Of a DNA stretch of 64,000 nt, positions 1-14,639 are shown one piece after another. A program made the position numbers and the translations under genes. Each line of letters starts with the position of its first letter. Position 1 is the first letter of the stretch. This stretch comes from Eledone cirrhosa (Eukaryota): contig OZ024761.1 in assembly GCA_964016885.1 (NCBI GenBank), forward strand, positions 27,962,001 through 28,026,000, given 5' to 3'. A model generated the notes under the pieces. That model ran no database searches and had not been told where the DNA came from. It was given only the letters and a program-made list of their open reading frames with translations.

Positions 1-164
1 TTTATATGTATGTATATATGTGTGTATAGATGTATTCATGTATGTATATGTTTGTAAGTTTGCTCGTATGTATGTATCAATGGGTGTGTATGTTTGCTCG
101 TATGTATGTATCTATCTATGTGTATGTATGTTTCCTCGTATGTATGTATGTATGTATGTATGTT

Positions 165-495
165 TCTCTTTCTCTTAATTTCGAGTATATTTTTTTGACC
201 GGCCACCTTCCTGGTGGCAAGGTTGTAAAAGAAAAGAAATTGTCATCCCTTGAATCGCAAGAAGCTTTTCAAATTTTGAAGGTGCCAGCTATGGCTGTTA
301 TTTGTAATCTATGAATTAGGGAGCTACACTCTTTGTCCACAAATCCAAGCTTAGTTATACTTTGGTCCAAGCGGCTTGGAATGTAACCTGTAGCTCCAAT
401 AATGATAGGTATGAAGCTGAAGGTGTAATTTGGAAACTGGATCTGCAAACTCCTCATCAATGGTCCGTAGATTGTTTTCTTGTGATTTTCTTACA
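165..495 (-). mobile_element. 3' end of an RLE-type non-LTR retrotransposon (R4/Dong-like), ending in (TACA)n
   Basis: Minus strand reads KTIYGPLMRSLQIQFPNYTFSFIPIIIGATGYIP...LQITAIAGTFKI*, resembling the K..Y..L / vPiiiGa.G C-terminal end of restriction-like endonuclease domains. A short 3' UTR then runs into CATA repeats. Confidence 0.6.
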
Positions 496-502
496 ATGTA
501 TG

Positions 503-556
<54 letters not shown>

Positions 557-914
557 TGATTTTAAATTTGTCTTCTGTGGTATAGGTCTGGTGATTGTAG
601 GTTGGTGGCTAGTTTCTGTTTGAGTCCTAGTTTAGTTTTGGATTGATGTAGAATTGTTTACGTTCAGGTTAAAGCAATTGACGACCTTAATTACACATAC
701 ACACACACACTCACACATGTGCACACACTCACACATGTGCATACACACACACACATGTATATACTTTTACAATTATCTTTGCATTATGTATGTTCATATG
801 TATGTTTGGTAGTATGTATGAGCCTATGTACCTCTGGCACACACATTTACGTATCTGAATTTCTCTTCAGGTATATATACGTAGATATATGTGCACACAC
901 GCACACGCACACGC

Positions 915-1004
<90 letters not shown>

Positions 1005-1088
1005 ATATATATATATATATAGTAAGTTATTCCGGGTTGAATCGGAGGTAACCACAGCAGAGTATTATATATATATATATATATATAT

Positions 1089-1480
1089 ATAGGTTATAGA
1101 GGTCAAACATACTTAGAATGACGGTCAAGAAGCCAAAAATACTTGTTGACGAAGTGGCAGCCTTGTTCGATCATTATACCAAAAGCTTAATATGGAAGCA
1201 GGCATTATAATTGATTTAGGTGTTGCAGAAACCCTTTACTGGATTATACCATCAATTCCAGGGTTGCAGGTAAATTCTGTCGTTTGACCTGTTTAGCTTG
1301 CTTCGTTTTTTTTTGGCTTAGGTGGTTGATGGCTTCTTGATCGCCGTTCTCAGTTAGTTTGGCCTCTATAACCTATGTTTATTGCTCTGGGCTTTTTTAG
1401 TCCACGGAGCGCATGCAGCATATGTAGGAAATTGCGTTCCGATTTGTTTTCGACCACTACCGAAATTCGATCTCGCAGAA
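1089..1480 (+). mobile_element. (TA)n-embedded element with ~47-bp imperfect inverted repeats (1089-1135 / 1330-1376) and a 3' extension
   Basis: ataggttatagaggtcaaac...aagaagcca is the approximate reverse complement of tggcttcttg...ggcctctataacctat. Confidence 0.5.
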
Positions 1481-1550
1481 ATTATATTTATATATAAATA
1501 TATATATACAATATTAAATAAATGGAAAACTATATTTATAAAACCATATT

Positions 1551-1616
1551 TATTTCATTATATATATTTCGGGGATATCATATTAACAATATGCTATGCC
1601 TTCATCAGACAAAATA
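1551..1616 (-). ncRNA. Type I hammerhead ribozyme motif (mirror copy)
   Basis: tcatcag at 1602-1608; exact reverse complement of 1771-1836. Confidence 0.65.
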
Positions 1617-1770
1617 CAATATAAACAGTTTTATAGATAAATAGATTCGACATACCGTAATAAACATCGACTTCATTTGAAGAGGTTTACGCTAGCATAA
1701 ACCTCTTCAAATGAAGTCGATGTTTATTACGGTATGTCGAATCTATTTATCTATAAAACTGTTTATATTG

Positions 1771-1836
1771 TATTTTGTCTGATGAAGGCATAGCATATTG
1801 TTAATATGATATCCCCGAAATATATATAATGAAATA
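1771..1836 (+). ncRNA. Type I hammerhead ribozyme motif
   Basis: tattttgt CTGATGA(1779-85) aggcatagcatattgttaatatgatatcccc GAAA(1817-20) tatata TA atgaaata. Helix I tattttgt/atgaaata pairs with GU; helix II catatt/aatatg; palindromic helix III segment. Confidence 0.7.
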
Positions 1837-1969
1837 AATATGGTTTTATAAATATAGTTTTCCATTTATTTAATATTGTAAATATACTCCAAATATTTGT
1901 CGAGTGCTTTTATATCAATTATAAATATTTACTAGTTGTAACCCAACAATTTTAAATATAACTTTACAT

Positions 1970-3090
<1,121 letters not shown>

Positions 3091-3294
3091 GTTTATATGT
3101 TGTATGAGGGTCATTCTGCTAATAAAATAAAACATGCACTGACTGAGACTCAGGTTTTATTGTTAATTACTTAATTAACGCATTAATTGATATACCCGCA
3201 TCCTACTTCGTCTTTTTAATAATTTCTGGCTCCATGTTAGTTTTTACCTTTGATGTTTTGTTGTTTGTATTTAATTTGGTAGAGGTGGCTACAG

Positions 3295-3342
3295 TTGTGT
3301 GTGTGTATGTGTGGATGTGTTTGTGTGCGTGGATGTGTGTGT

Positions 3343-3374
<32 letters not shown>

Positions 3375-4056
3375 GTGTGTGTGTGTGTGTGGATATGTGT
3401 GTGTGTGTTAATGTGTGTGTGTGTGTGTGTATGTTTGTGTGTGGATGTGTGTGCGTGGGTGTGTGTGTGGATGCGTGGGTGTGAATGTGTGTGCGTGTGT
3501 GTGTGTGTTATATGTTTGTGTGTGTGTATGTTTGTGTGAGGATGTGTGTGTGTGTGTGCGTGGGTGTGTGTGTGGATGTGAGTGCGTGGGTGGGTGTGTG
3601 GATGCGTGGGTGTGAATGTGTGTGCGTGTGTGTGTGTGTTATATGTGTGAGGCTGTTTAGTCAGGTGTTTGTGTTATATGTGTGTGTGCGTGGGTGTGTG
3701 TGCGTGGGTGTGTGTGTGGATGTGAGTGCGTGGGTGTGTGTGTGGATGCGTGGGTGTGAATGTGTGTGCGTGTGTGTGTGTGTTATATGTGTGAGGCTGT
3801 TTGGTCAGGTGTTTGTGTTATATGTTTGTGTGTGTGTGTGTGTGTGTGTGTTATATGTGTGAGGCTGTTTGGTCAGGTGTTTGTGTTATATGTTTGTGTG
3901 TGTGTATGTTTGTGTGAGGATGTGTGTGTGTGTGTGCGTGGGTGTGTGTGTGGATGTGTGTGCGTGGGTGGGTGTGTGGATGCGTGGGTGTGAATGTGTG
4001 TGCGTGTGTGTGTGTGTTATATGTGTGAGGCTGTTTGGTCAGGTGTTTGTGTTATA

Positions 4057-4087
<31 letters not shown>

Positions 4088-4755
4088 TATATGTGTGAGG
4101 CTGTTTGGTCAGGTGTTTGTGTTATATGTTTGTGTGTGTGTGTGTGTGTGTTATATGTGTGAGGCTGTTTGGTCAGGTGTTTGTGTTATATGTTTGTGTG
4201 TGTGTATGTTTGTGTGAGGATGTGTGTGTGTGTGCGTGGGTGTGTGTGTGGATGTGTGTGCGTGGGTGGGTGTGTGGATGCGTGGGTGTGAATGTGTGTG
4301 CGTGTGTGTGTGTGTTATATGTGTGAGGCCGTTTGGTCAGGTGTTTGTGTTATATGTTTGTGTGTGTGCGTGTGTGTTATATGTGTGAGGCTGTTTGGTC
4401 AGGTGTTTGTGTTATATGTTTGTGTGTATGTGTGTGTTATATGTGTGAGGCTGTTTGGTCAGGTGTTTGTGTTATATGTTTGTGTGTGTGTGTGTGTTTT
4501 ATGTGTGAGGCTGTTTGGTCAGGTGTTTGTGTTATATGTTTGTGTGTGTGTTTTATGTGTGAGGCTGTTTGGTCAGGTGTTTGTGTTATATGTTTGTGTG
4601 TGTGTGTTATGTATGTGTGGGCTATAGTGTGTTATATGTGTGAGGATGTTTGGGCAGGTGTGTGCGTTTGTGTTATGCGTGTGTGTTTGTGTTATGGGTC
4701 CGTGTGTCTGTGTGTATTCGTGTATCTGTTGGTGTGTGTGGACAGGTGTGCGTTA
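3295..4755. repeat. (TG)n-based minisatellite with recurring unit ttatatgtgtgaggctgtttggtcaggtgtttgtg
   Basis: Unit recurs more than 10 times between variable TG tracts. Confidence 0.9.
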
Positions 4756-4784
4756 GTATATATATATATACATATTTATATATA

Positions 4785-5127
4785 AGAATAATAATTAAAT
4801 GAAAGTTCATTTCTCACTCTTAGTGCGGCTGTTACTTAAATATAAGTATGTATACGTACATACATAAATGTATACAGACGTACAGTAGTATGTATATATA
4901 TATACATACATGCACACACATATATATATGTACGTATGGCTTTACCGAACATTTATTATAATGTTCGGTTTGTTTGTAAACAAACAGCCCGAATTACGCC
5001 GTACAGTGTTCGGCAACCATCGTCGCCCTTTTGTTCAACACTGACACAGGAACGATGTACTAGTATCAAGCTTATTAGCTATCGTCAGCAACGTATACCT
5101 TTCTGTCAAATGATTGAACGTCTGAAT
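4785..5127 (-). mobile_element. HHR-bearing short element, family B (copy 1)
   Basis: Homologous to 42168-42550 and 48962-49490, with a fragment at 33968-34010. TA-flanked. Confidence 0.75.
5053..5093 (-). ncRNA. Minimal type I hammerhead, probably inactivated (GAAA>GATA)
   Basis: Minus strand: cgttg CTGACGA t agct aata agct t GATA ctag TA catcg. Confidence 0.55.
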
Positions 5128-5139
5128 ATATATATATAT

Positions 5140-5331
<192 letters not shown>

Positions 5332-5617
5332 AGTAGGGGATTGTTTTGGGTTGCCTGTATGTGTGTGTGTGTGTTTTTGTAGGCAAAGGCTACAACAACA
5401 ACAACAAGAACTCCGATATAGGCAACAGCTACAAGCGGAAGACGATCATTCTTTCTCAATGTTGACTTCAGCATAAAACAAGATGGATTTCAGGATCAAG
5501 AGTGACAGAGCTTTTAGCTTTAGAATCTTCAATGACAAAACAAACACCCAGTTATACAAATACAAACATACACACATACCCTCTCTCTCTCCTCCTCTCC
5601 CCCCCTCTCTCTCTCTC

Positions 5618-5731
<114 letters not shown>

Positions 5732-5738
5732 TATATAA

Positions 5739-5769
<31 letters not shown>

Positions 5770-5993
5770 GAAATATACTGCAGGTAGCACATGGATAACA
5801 TGTAATAAAATGAGTCCCTCATCAGTGATTTGCCGACGATCATAGATATTTCATTGCATTAAATGTATGTATATATAAATATATATTTATATATATTTAT
5901 ATATATATATGTATGTATATATAAATATATATTTATATATATTTATATATATATATGTATGTATATATAAATATATATTTATATATATTTATA

Positions 5994-6300
5994 GAAACTA
6001 GAAACGTAGTCTATAGCATAAGATGTACAGAGTGTACTTGCAGAAACATGACAACAACATACATAGGCGAGACAGCTCGTGGCATAGGTGAAAGGATAGA
6101 CCAACACTTGGGGAACTAAAAGGACGAAAAAACGGTTCGGTACTATACAAACATGCCAGACAACAACACGACGGTAACATAGACAACATAGAAGTTAGAA
6201 TAATATCTAAACATAGAAATGACCCAGCGGATAGGCAAATCAGAGAGGCCAGTGAAATAGATCTTAGAAGGCCAAGGCTAAACAGAAAAAATGAATGAAA
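5994..6300 (+). pseudogene. Penelope-like element C-terminal GIY-YIG endonuclease, frameshifted
   Basis: ETRNVVYSIRCTECTCRNMTTTYIGETARGIGERIDQHL, frameshift at ~6113, then ELKGRKNGSVLYKHARQQHDG...DRQIREASEIDLRRPRLNRKNE*. Shows VVY...YIG, R...H, CxxC/HxxxxH ligands, conserved E and LN. Confidence 0.85.
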
Positions 6301-6836
6301 TAACAACAACAAACAACACTGACTTAAGAGAACTATAAATAAATTTAATAAATAAATAAATAAATACATACACAAGCACAATAACAACAAACACATAAAT
6401 ACACACTAGTAAACTAAGATAGAATACATTAACCAATACACAGTCACCCAAACAAGAATACACATCAAACAAAGCACTATACACACACGCAAATGCATGC
6501 GCAGAGAAGACCAAAAAATGAACAAATAAATAAATAAATAAACAAACTATATAAAGATGGCGTAGACATACAATGCAACGGGAGGAAACATAATGGCGCC
6601 ACTGACGATGTTGCAGATGTGCGGTGAGGGAACTTTGATAGACTATATATATGTGTTTGTGACTATATTGTATCTGTATTTTTGACCGTTGGTCAGTCAA
6701 TGGTAACATTGAGGACCGAATAAATTAAATTAACCGATATAAAAGACACAGAAGCGAAAACCAACCAAACAGTGAGTGTGTTCTGTTATTAATTCTGGCA
6801 ATATTACACTAATATGACCCTCCCCAAGTATAACAA
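6300..6836 (+). mobile_element. 3' UTR/pLTR of the GIY-YIG Penelope-like element (family C)
   Basis: 6556-6836 is homologous to 41638-41890. CTGACGA at 6602-6608 is followed by a short hairpin. Ends in a TA-rich tract. Confidence 0.7.
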
Positions 6837-6875
6837 TATATGTATACATATATATATATATTGTATATATGAATG

Positions 6876-6906
<31 letters not shown>

Positions 6907-6961
6907 TTATACATATATCTATATATATATTGTATATATGAATGTATATATGAATGTATAT

Positions 6962-7489
6962 ATGATGTGGTTGAGAGGAAGAGCAAAGCCTGGGCGGCGT
7001 GCCACAGCTTGAGATCGGTGTGGAAATCGGACCTTCGTAGAGACCTGAAAGTCCGCCTCTTCATTGCTGTAGTGGAGTCTGTGCTGCTGTACGAGTCTGA
7101 GACTTGGACACTGACCAAGAAACTCACTCAGATGGTGGATGGGTGCTACACGAGAATGCTGAGGATGGCTCTGAACATTAATCAGTATAAACTGAGGATG
7201 AAAAAATCAGAGCTGTATGGGAGCATCCCAAAAGTCAGCTCAAAAGTGACACAGCGGAGACTGAGGTTAGCTGGACATGCTCACTGACATCCAGAGTTGA
7301 CATTGCACTCAGTGCTCCTTTGCGAGCCCCTACATGGACACACTAGAAGAGGAAGACCAAGGTTAACGTATGTTGATGCCCTAAGGACAGACACTGGTCT
7401 GTTGGAGACGCAGGACATGGCAGCGATAATGAGGGACAGAGACCGCTGGAGAGAACTCGTCCATGGATCTCGGGAATTTTACCCGCCTT

Positions 7490-7490
<1 letters not shown>
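6962..7490 (+). mobile_element. RTE-clade LINE 3' fragment (post-RT region, in-frame stop at ~7285)
   Basis: KAWAACHSLRSVWKS...LFIAVVESVLLYESETWTLTK...RMLR...RRLRLAGH...[11 protein letters not shown]...DRDRWR; followed by (TA)n. Confidence 0.85.
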
Positions 7491-7561
<71 letters not shown>

Positions 7562-7570
7562 CATATATGA

Positions 7571-7617
<47 letters not shown>

Positions 7618-7957
7618 ATCTTGCATACATACACATTAACAAAATTCCATAAGTCCAGATCTGGACACACACGCAAACTCACGCACACTCACACACATCT
7701 CCAAACACTTACATACATACATACACACATAGAGTAATAATTGCACACAGAGTAAGTCATAACAGCAGATAATGAGATCTACTGTTTTGGTGTAAGATGT
7801 TAGCTGTTTCATTGTAATAGGTCGTTCATCAGGAACAATCCCAACATGTCAAATACATCTGTTCTGCTATGATAGTATGTTGTTATGAATGAATTCACTT
7901 CGTAGCAATGGCTGACGACTATTACTTTGTTTGGTTATCAAATGCAGCAGACGAATG

Positions 7958-8733
<776 letters not shown>

Positions 8734-8834
8734 AGGGTGTGTGTGTGTGTTTGCTGTGTTTATAAGTATGTGCGAGATGCGTGTATATATACATGTCTAC
8801 ATACATATATGTATACATTATATATACATATAAA

Positions 8835-9088
8835 TGTGTGTGTGGTGTGTGTCTGTGTGTATATAGGTGTGTATGTCCGTGTGTATGTGTGTGTGTGGTG
8901 TGTGTCTGTGTGTATATAGGTGTGTATGTCCGTGTGTCTGTATGTGTGCGGTGTGTGTCTGTGTGAATATAGGTGTGTATGTCCGTGTGTGTGTATGTGT
9001 GTGGTGTGTGTTTGTGTGTATATAGGTGTGTATGTCCGTGTGTCAGTATGTGTGTGGTGTGTGTCTGTGTGTATATAGGTGTGTATGT

Positions 9089-9119
<31 letters not shown>

Positions 9120-9698
9120 GTGTGTATCTGTGTGTATACAGGTGTGTGTGGTGTGTGTCTGTGTGTGTGGTGTGTGTCTGTGTGTATATAGGTATGTATG
9201 TCCGTGTGTGTGTGAGTGTGTGGTGTGTGTCTGTGTGTATATATGTGTGTGTATGTCCGTGTGTATGTAGGTGTGTATGTCGGTGTGTGGTGTGTGTCTA
9301 TGTGTATACAGGTGTGTATGTCCATGTGACTGATTGTGTGTATATAGGTGTGTATGCCCGTGTGTGTGTGTGTGTGTATGTGGTGTGTGTGTGTGTGTGG
9401 TGTGTGTGTGTGTGTGTATATAGGTGTGTATGTCCGTGTGTGGTGTGTGTCTGTGTGTATATAGGTGTGTATGTCCGTGTGTTTGTCTGTGTGTATATAG
9501 GTGTGTATGTCCGTGTGTGTGTGTGTGTGTGGTGTGTGTCTGTGTGTATATAGGTGTGTGTGTCCGTGTGTTTGTCTGTGTGTATATAGGTGTGTATGTC
9601 CGTGTGTGTATATGTGTGTGTATGTCCGTGTGTGTGTGTGGTGTGTATCTGTGTGTATATATGTGTGTATGTCCATGTGTGTGTGTGTGTGTGTGTCT
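8835..9698. repeat. TG-rich minisatellite, unit ~ggtgtgtgtctgtgtgtatataggtgtgtatgtccgtgtg
   Basis: Unit recurs many times. Confidence 0.85.
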
Positions 9699-9833
9699 GC
9701 TTATGAGATGAAAACAAACCCTTATTCCAAAGAACAATGGGTGGTATTGAAATGACGGAAAACATTTGTTAAAACATGAATGGACTGGACAATTGGTGAA
9801 CTTCAATATATTGACAAACACGCACACACTCGT

Positions 9834-9868
<35 letters not shown>

Positions 9869-9873
9869 AGTAA

Positions 9874-9945
<72 letters not shown>

Positions 9946-10162
9946 GCTTGTATATATATATATATATATACTTATATATGTAGGTGAATATATATATATA
10001 CATACACATATATATATGTATGTGAATATATATATGTGTATATATATATATACACATATTTATTTATACATACACATATTGATACCTATAAATATATATA
10101 TATATATGCTTGTATATATATATATATATATATATATATACTTATATATGTAGGTGAATATA

Positions 10163-10194
<32 letters not shown>

Positions 10195-10231
10195 CACATT
10201 TATTTATACATACATATATTGATGCCTATAA

Positions 10232-10319
<88 letters not shown>

Positions 10320-10452
10320 GTGTGTGTGTAGTTTGATTAGCCGTGTGTCTTTGAAAGATGTGATGTATAAGATGTTCTGTACCTCGTTCACTTGTAGTTT
10401 AACCGGTGCTGTCAAGAGGCCGGAAGTAGCGCCAGACTGGAAGATAGCAAGC

Positions 10453-10524
<72 letters not shown>

Positions 10525-10736
10525 TGAGTGATTGGATGACAGGAAAAGGGAGTGAGTGATCTTGTTTTAGAGAGGGAGGGAGGGGACAGAGGAGAAATAG
10601 TAAAGTTGAAATATACACGCAGTTAGAGTAAGGAAAAGTGTTCAATATCTATTGAATATGTCACACGTAGAAAGGAGAAGAGTGATAGGGAAGAGGTAAT
10701 AAATAATAGGGAGAAGTACTAACAACATACTTACAC

Positions 10737-10772
<36 letters not shown>

Positions 10773-10833
10773 GCATATATATATATATATATATAATCAT
10801 GTATATGTATGTATATATATAATCAAGTATATG

Positions 10834-10875
<42 letters not shown>

Positions 10876-10972
10876 ATCATATATATGTATGTGTATATAT
10901 ATATATATACAATCATATATATGTATATATATATATATATATATATAATCATATATATGTATGTATATATAC

Positions 10973-11041
<69 letters not shown>

Positions 11042-11163
11042 TATATATACATACATAAATATACATGATTATATATGTATGTATATATACATATATATAT
11101 ATATATAATCATGTATATGTATGTATGTATATATATATATATATATAATCATGTATATTTATG

Positions 11164-11223
<60 letters not shown>

Positions 11224-11345
11224 CATATATATGTATATATATATATATATATATGTATAATCATATATATCCGGCAGCTTCCAACAGAAATGGTCGCATT
11301 CTTTAAGGGTATGTCAATATTTATTTATAAAACTGATCTATGTTA

Positions 11346-11410
11346 TATTTTATGTGATGAAAGCACACCATAATTTAACTTGGTGTCCTTGAAATATGTA
11401 TAATGAAATA
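11346..11410 (+). ncRNA. Hammerhead motif with C3>G core change
   Basis: tattttat GTGATGA aagc acacca taatttaact tggtgt cctt GAAA tatgta TA atgaaata. Confidence 0.5.
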
Positions 11411-11631
11411 AATATGGTTTTATCTATATAGTTTCCATTTGTTAATATATCGTATTTTTACTCCAATAATTTGTTGAGTGCTTTATATCAGTTATAAAAA
11501 TATTTGCTTGTTGTATCCCAACGATTTAAATAGAACTTCTATATTTAATCATATATATGTATGTATGTATATATATATAATCATATATACATTATATTAA
11601 CAAATGGAAACTATATTTATAAAACCATATT

Positions 11632-11696
11632 TATTTCATTATAAATATTTCAAGGGCAACCAAGCAAACTATGGTGCGCTTTCATCAGATAAAATA
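11632..11696 (-). ncRNA. Type I hammerhead ribozyme motif
   Basis: Minus strand: tattttat CTGATGA aagcgcaccatagtttgcttggttgccctt GAAA tattta TA atgaaata. Confidence 0.6.
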
Positions 11697-12006
11697 GGTT
11701 AGTTTTATAAATAAATATTGACATACCCTGAAAAAAATGCAACAATTCTGGTTGGAATCTCCTGGATAGTGCAGTTATTAGATTTATTGTTGGTTTATTA
11801 TGCAAATTAGTGTCGGAAAGGTTTAAATAACAGTATATTTAAATTAAGCCGTTGGAATAGGAAAAAAAAATTATTTAAATAAATATATATATGTATATAT
11901 ATATATGATTATATTATATATATATACATACATATAATCATATATATGTATGTATATATATATATATACATATATATAATATAATTATATATATATATAC
12001 AAATAT

Positions 12007-12240
12007 ATATTTATTAAAATAACAGATTAAAGTTTAAGCAAATAATCGCTGCTTTCACCCTTAACGGGATCTTCTGAAACTCTGAGTTTCAGAAGATCCC
12101 GTTAAGGGTGAAAGCAGCAATTATTTGCTTAAACTGTAATCTGTTATTTTAATAAATATTTGCTCTACGGTTCTTATATATTTGATATATATTTATCCTT
12201 ATCGAGCCCTCTTTGAATTTTAGTCTTTAAATTTATTATT
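12007..12240 (+). mobile_element. Fold-back element, family D (palindrome 12007-12159, axis 12083) with HHR-like fold
   Basis: Its 3' part recurs at 25640-25750 and 25885-25995; its left-arm part recurs at 27388-27456. Confidence 0.65.
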
Positions 12241-12244
12241 ATTA

Positions 12245-12404
12245 GCATGCCATGCTTTGGCGCATAGAGTTACGGCTGTTGCCATTCTGAGTTCAAATCC
12301 CGTCGAGGTTAACTTTGCCTTTCATCCTTACGGGGTCGATAAAATAAAGTACCATTAATACACTGGGTAATTGCTAGCGTTGTGCCTAAAGTAGAAACAA
12401 TTAT

Positions 12405-12408
<4 letters not shown>
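12245..12408 (+). mobile_element. Octopus-type tRNA-derived SINE (partial)
   Basis: gagttcaaatccc B-box-like motif, conserved gcctttcatccttacggggtcgataaaataaagtacc core, 3' ttgtgcctaaagtagaaac. Confidence 0.8.
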
Positions 12409-12458
<50 letters not shown>

Positions 12459-12461
<3 letters not shown>

Positions 12462-12606
12462 AATGGCTTCTACAGGCCTATGTTGCTTCGAATGAATCAG
12501 TTCTAATCCTGTAGAGGCCATTTCTATATTAAATATTTATACTCTGCTGTGTATTGAGTACCTTACTTACTGTGGTTACGCCGGATTGAACCCGGAATAC
12601 ACCCTT
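12459..12606 (+). mobile_element. Short TA-flanked element with hairpin 12459-12525; 3' end shared with 1021-1066 (-)
   Basis: agaaatggcttctacagg/cctgtagaggccatttct stem; tactctgctgt...ggttac...aacccggaata is shared with 1021-1066. Confidence 0.5.
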
Positions 12607-14451
12607 ATATATATATATATATGTACATGTATATATATATATGTGTGTGTGTGAATGTATGTATACATAGAGGGAGAGATAGAGGGACAACGAGAGAAAT
12701 CGATATATAGATTGTCATATATACATACATATATACTTTCAAAGGCCGAGTAAAAATCGTTTGTTTCTACGCCAAATGCGCATTCTTTTCCATCCTCTTG
12801 GTGATTCTTTCATCACTTTTGTGCCAAATATTATGAAGTGTGTCTTAATTTGAAGAGGTCTAATACTTTTTAAACACGTCATGAGTTGTGTCCCCTCTCT
12901 GGCGAAAGGATCCCAGCCATAACCGTCGTAAATAAACATCAGGTGTAGCACCATGTTAAATTTTCCTCGCAAGCGTATATGAGTATTGCATTATTTTTTT
13001 CTTTCACATACATATATTCAAATTTGTGATCGGTAGCAAGCAATTATTGCATTTGATATGAACAAGGTTTCCTCTCAACGTTCAACCAGACGCAATTATC
13101 ATTACGATTGAGCCTGAAATGAAGAGAATTACGTTTGGTTTAAATAAATAAGAATCTTCAACGTTATTGCTCCTGACTTATTATGTCAGCTTCAATCACT
13201 ATCACGCCGTCGAAATGTTGCCCCTTTTTTTGCCTTTTTCATAAATATTTTCATGAAAATATTCTGATGAGCTTTCCTCCTTGTTGACTCGTCTTTATTA
13301 CTTTAAACGGAACACCAGATTGGTTGCTAGCTCCATTCAATTTACAGTTGAATATCCTAAATGCAATCTCAAATTCTATTCTTATGTTTTCTTCTGTAAC
13401 ACATCTCGCCCATCAAATTCTCTTCCAGGTACTTGTTTTCATGGCCATACATTTTCAAAAATTGAAAAGCTAATTCAATCGTCATCTTCTCTCTCCTAGA
13501 GTTATGTTCTCTATATCTTGACCTCCCTTCTCAATAACCACTTGCATTTCAGTGGCTTTATTGCTATGCTTCGGATGAACAATGAAAACAAAATCGAGGT
13601 AAAGGAAATGAATTATTGTAAGCATATTTTATGCTTTGACAATATTAGAAATGACAGCAATAAAATAGAGCGTAGTTATTGTTTAAAATAAAAAAAAAAC
13701 CTACTTGGTGGAATATCAGTATTGAAAAACCATCGTACTTATGGTGAAATATGTCGCATTCACTAAATTTCAATCATTATGTATGATGAACTGGTGAAAG
13801 TATTTGATGATTTTGAGAATTTACGCAATCAAAGAGACAAATTCTAAATGACGATAAAGAACAGAGATGTTTGGAAACATTTTTCTCATGGTTTGTAAAA
13901 AATGTTGACAGATCTGGTAAAACATTCTTCTACGATTTCTTTCCCAGTTTCTGTTATTAAACTTTAAATCCCAAATGAATTAGTATAGAATGAAGCTGGC
14001 GTGTCTAATAACATCCGAAAAGTTAAGTATTGTTGATTGTAGCGTAATTTGAAAGTATTAGAAGTTAATTCGAGGTATAGCCTGTGAAGTGTGCTTGTTT
14101 TTTCAGCGTAGTACTGTGGATAAATCTTTTAGACAAACAAACAAACAAACACACACAGACATACACACACGTACACATACACACAAACATATATATATAT
14201 ATACATATATACAGTGGAAGATCAATGTATTTAAATAAACATGTCTATTTGTGTGTCGAAGGTTCTATCGTTAATTATACATATAACAGGCATGAATACA
14301 TAGGAAGATGTGTCCTTTCAATTAATGTTTATTTATAACTTAGATCTGTTTGTATATATTATATCTATCTATTGAAATAGAGGGGGGGGGGATAGGGAAA
14401 TAAATTAAAATGTACATATATGCATACATTTAATAACACACGCAAATCACG

Positions 14452-14494
<43 letters not shown>

Positions 14495-14639
14495 ATGTAT
14501 GTGTGTGTGTGTATGTATGTGTGTGTGTATGTGTGTGTGTGTGTATGTATATATGTGTGTATATGTATATATATGTGCGTGTGTGTGTTGCATACATACA
14601 TGTGTATATAATATATTTATGTATGTAATTCCCCTTTCA

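Larger units (their letters stand above)
11270..11770. mobile_element. Two diverged family A copies in convergent orientation (+ 11270-11545, - 11590-11770)
   Basis: Both share gaaata...taatgaaataaatatggttttat with 1817-1860. Confidence 0.75.

Noticed and set aside
3102-3200. Mariner-like terminus tatgagggtcattc
   Set aside because: Only a short resemblance; no partner TIR or transposase.
7795-7845. Minus-strand CTGATGA acgacctattacaat GAAA cagc TA
   Set aside because: Core spacing is plausible but helix II does not pair and helix I is marginal; at best a decayed copy.
12739-12972. 77-aa minus-strand ORF in non-repetitive DNA
   Set aside because: Non-ATG start and no recognisable motif.
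13255-13300. CTGATGA as a hammerhead (also CTGACGA at ~7911 and ~20530(-), CTGAAGA at ~53510)
   Set aside because: No helix II-GAAA-helix III or helix I closure.
13540-13606. Possible 46-nt exon (catttcag|...gag|gtaaag)
   Set aside because: Splice-like ends alone are common by chance; no homology or partner exons.
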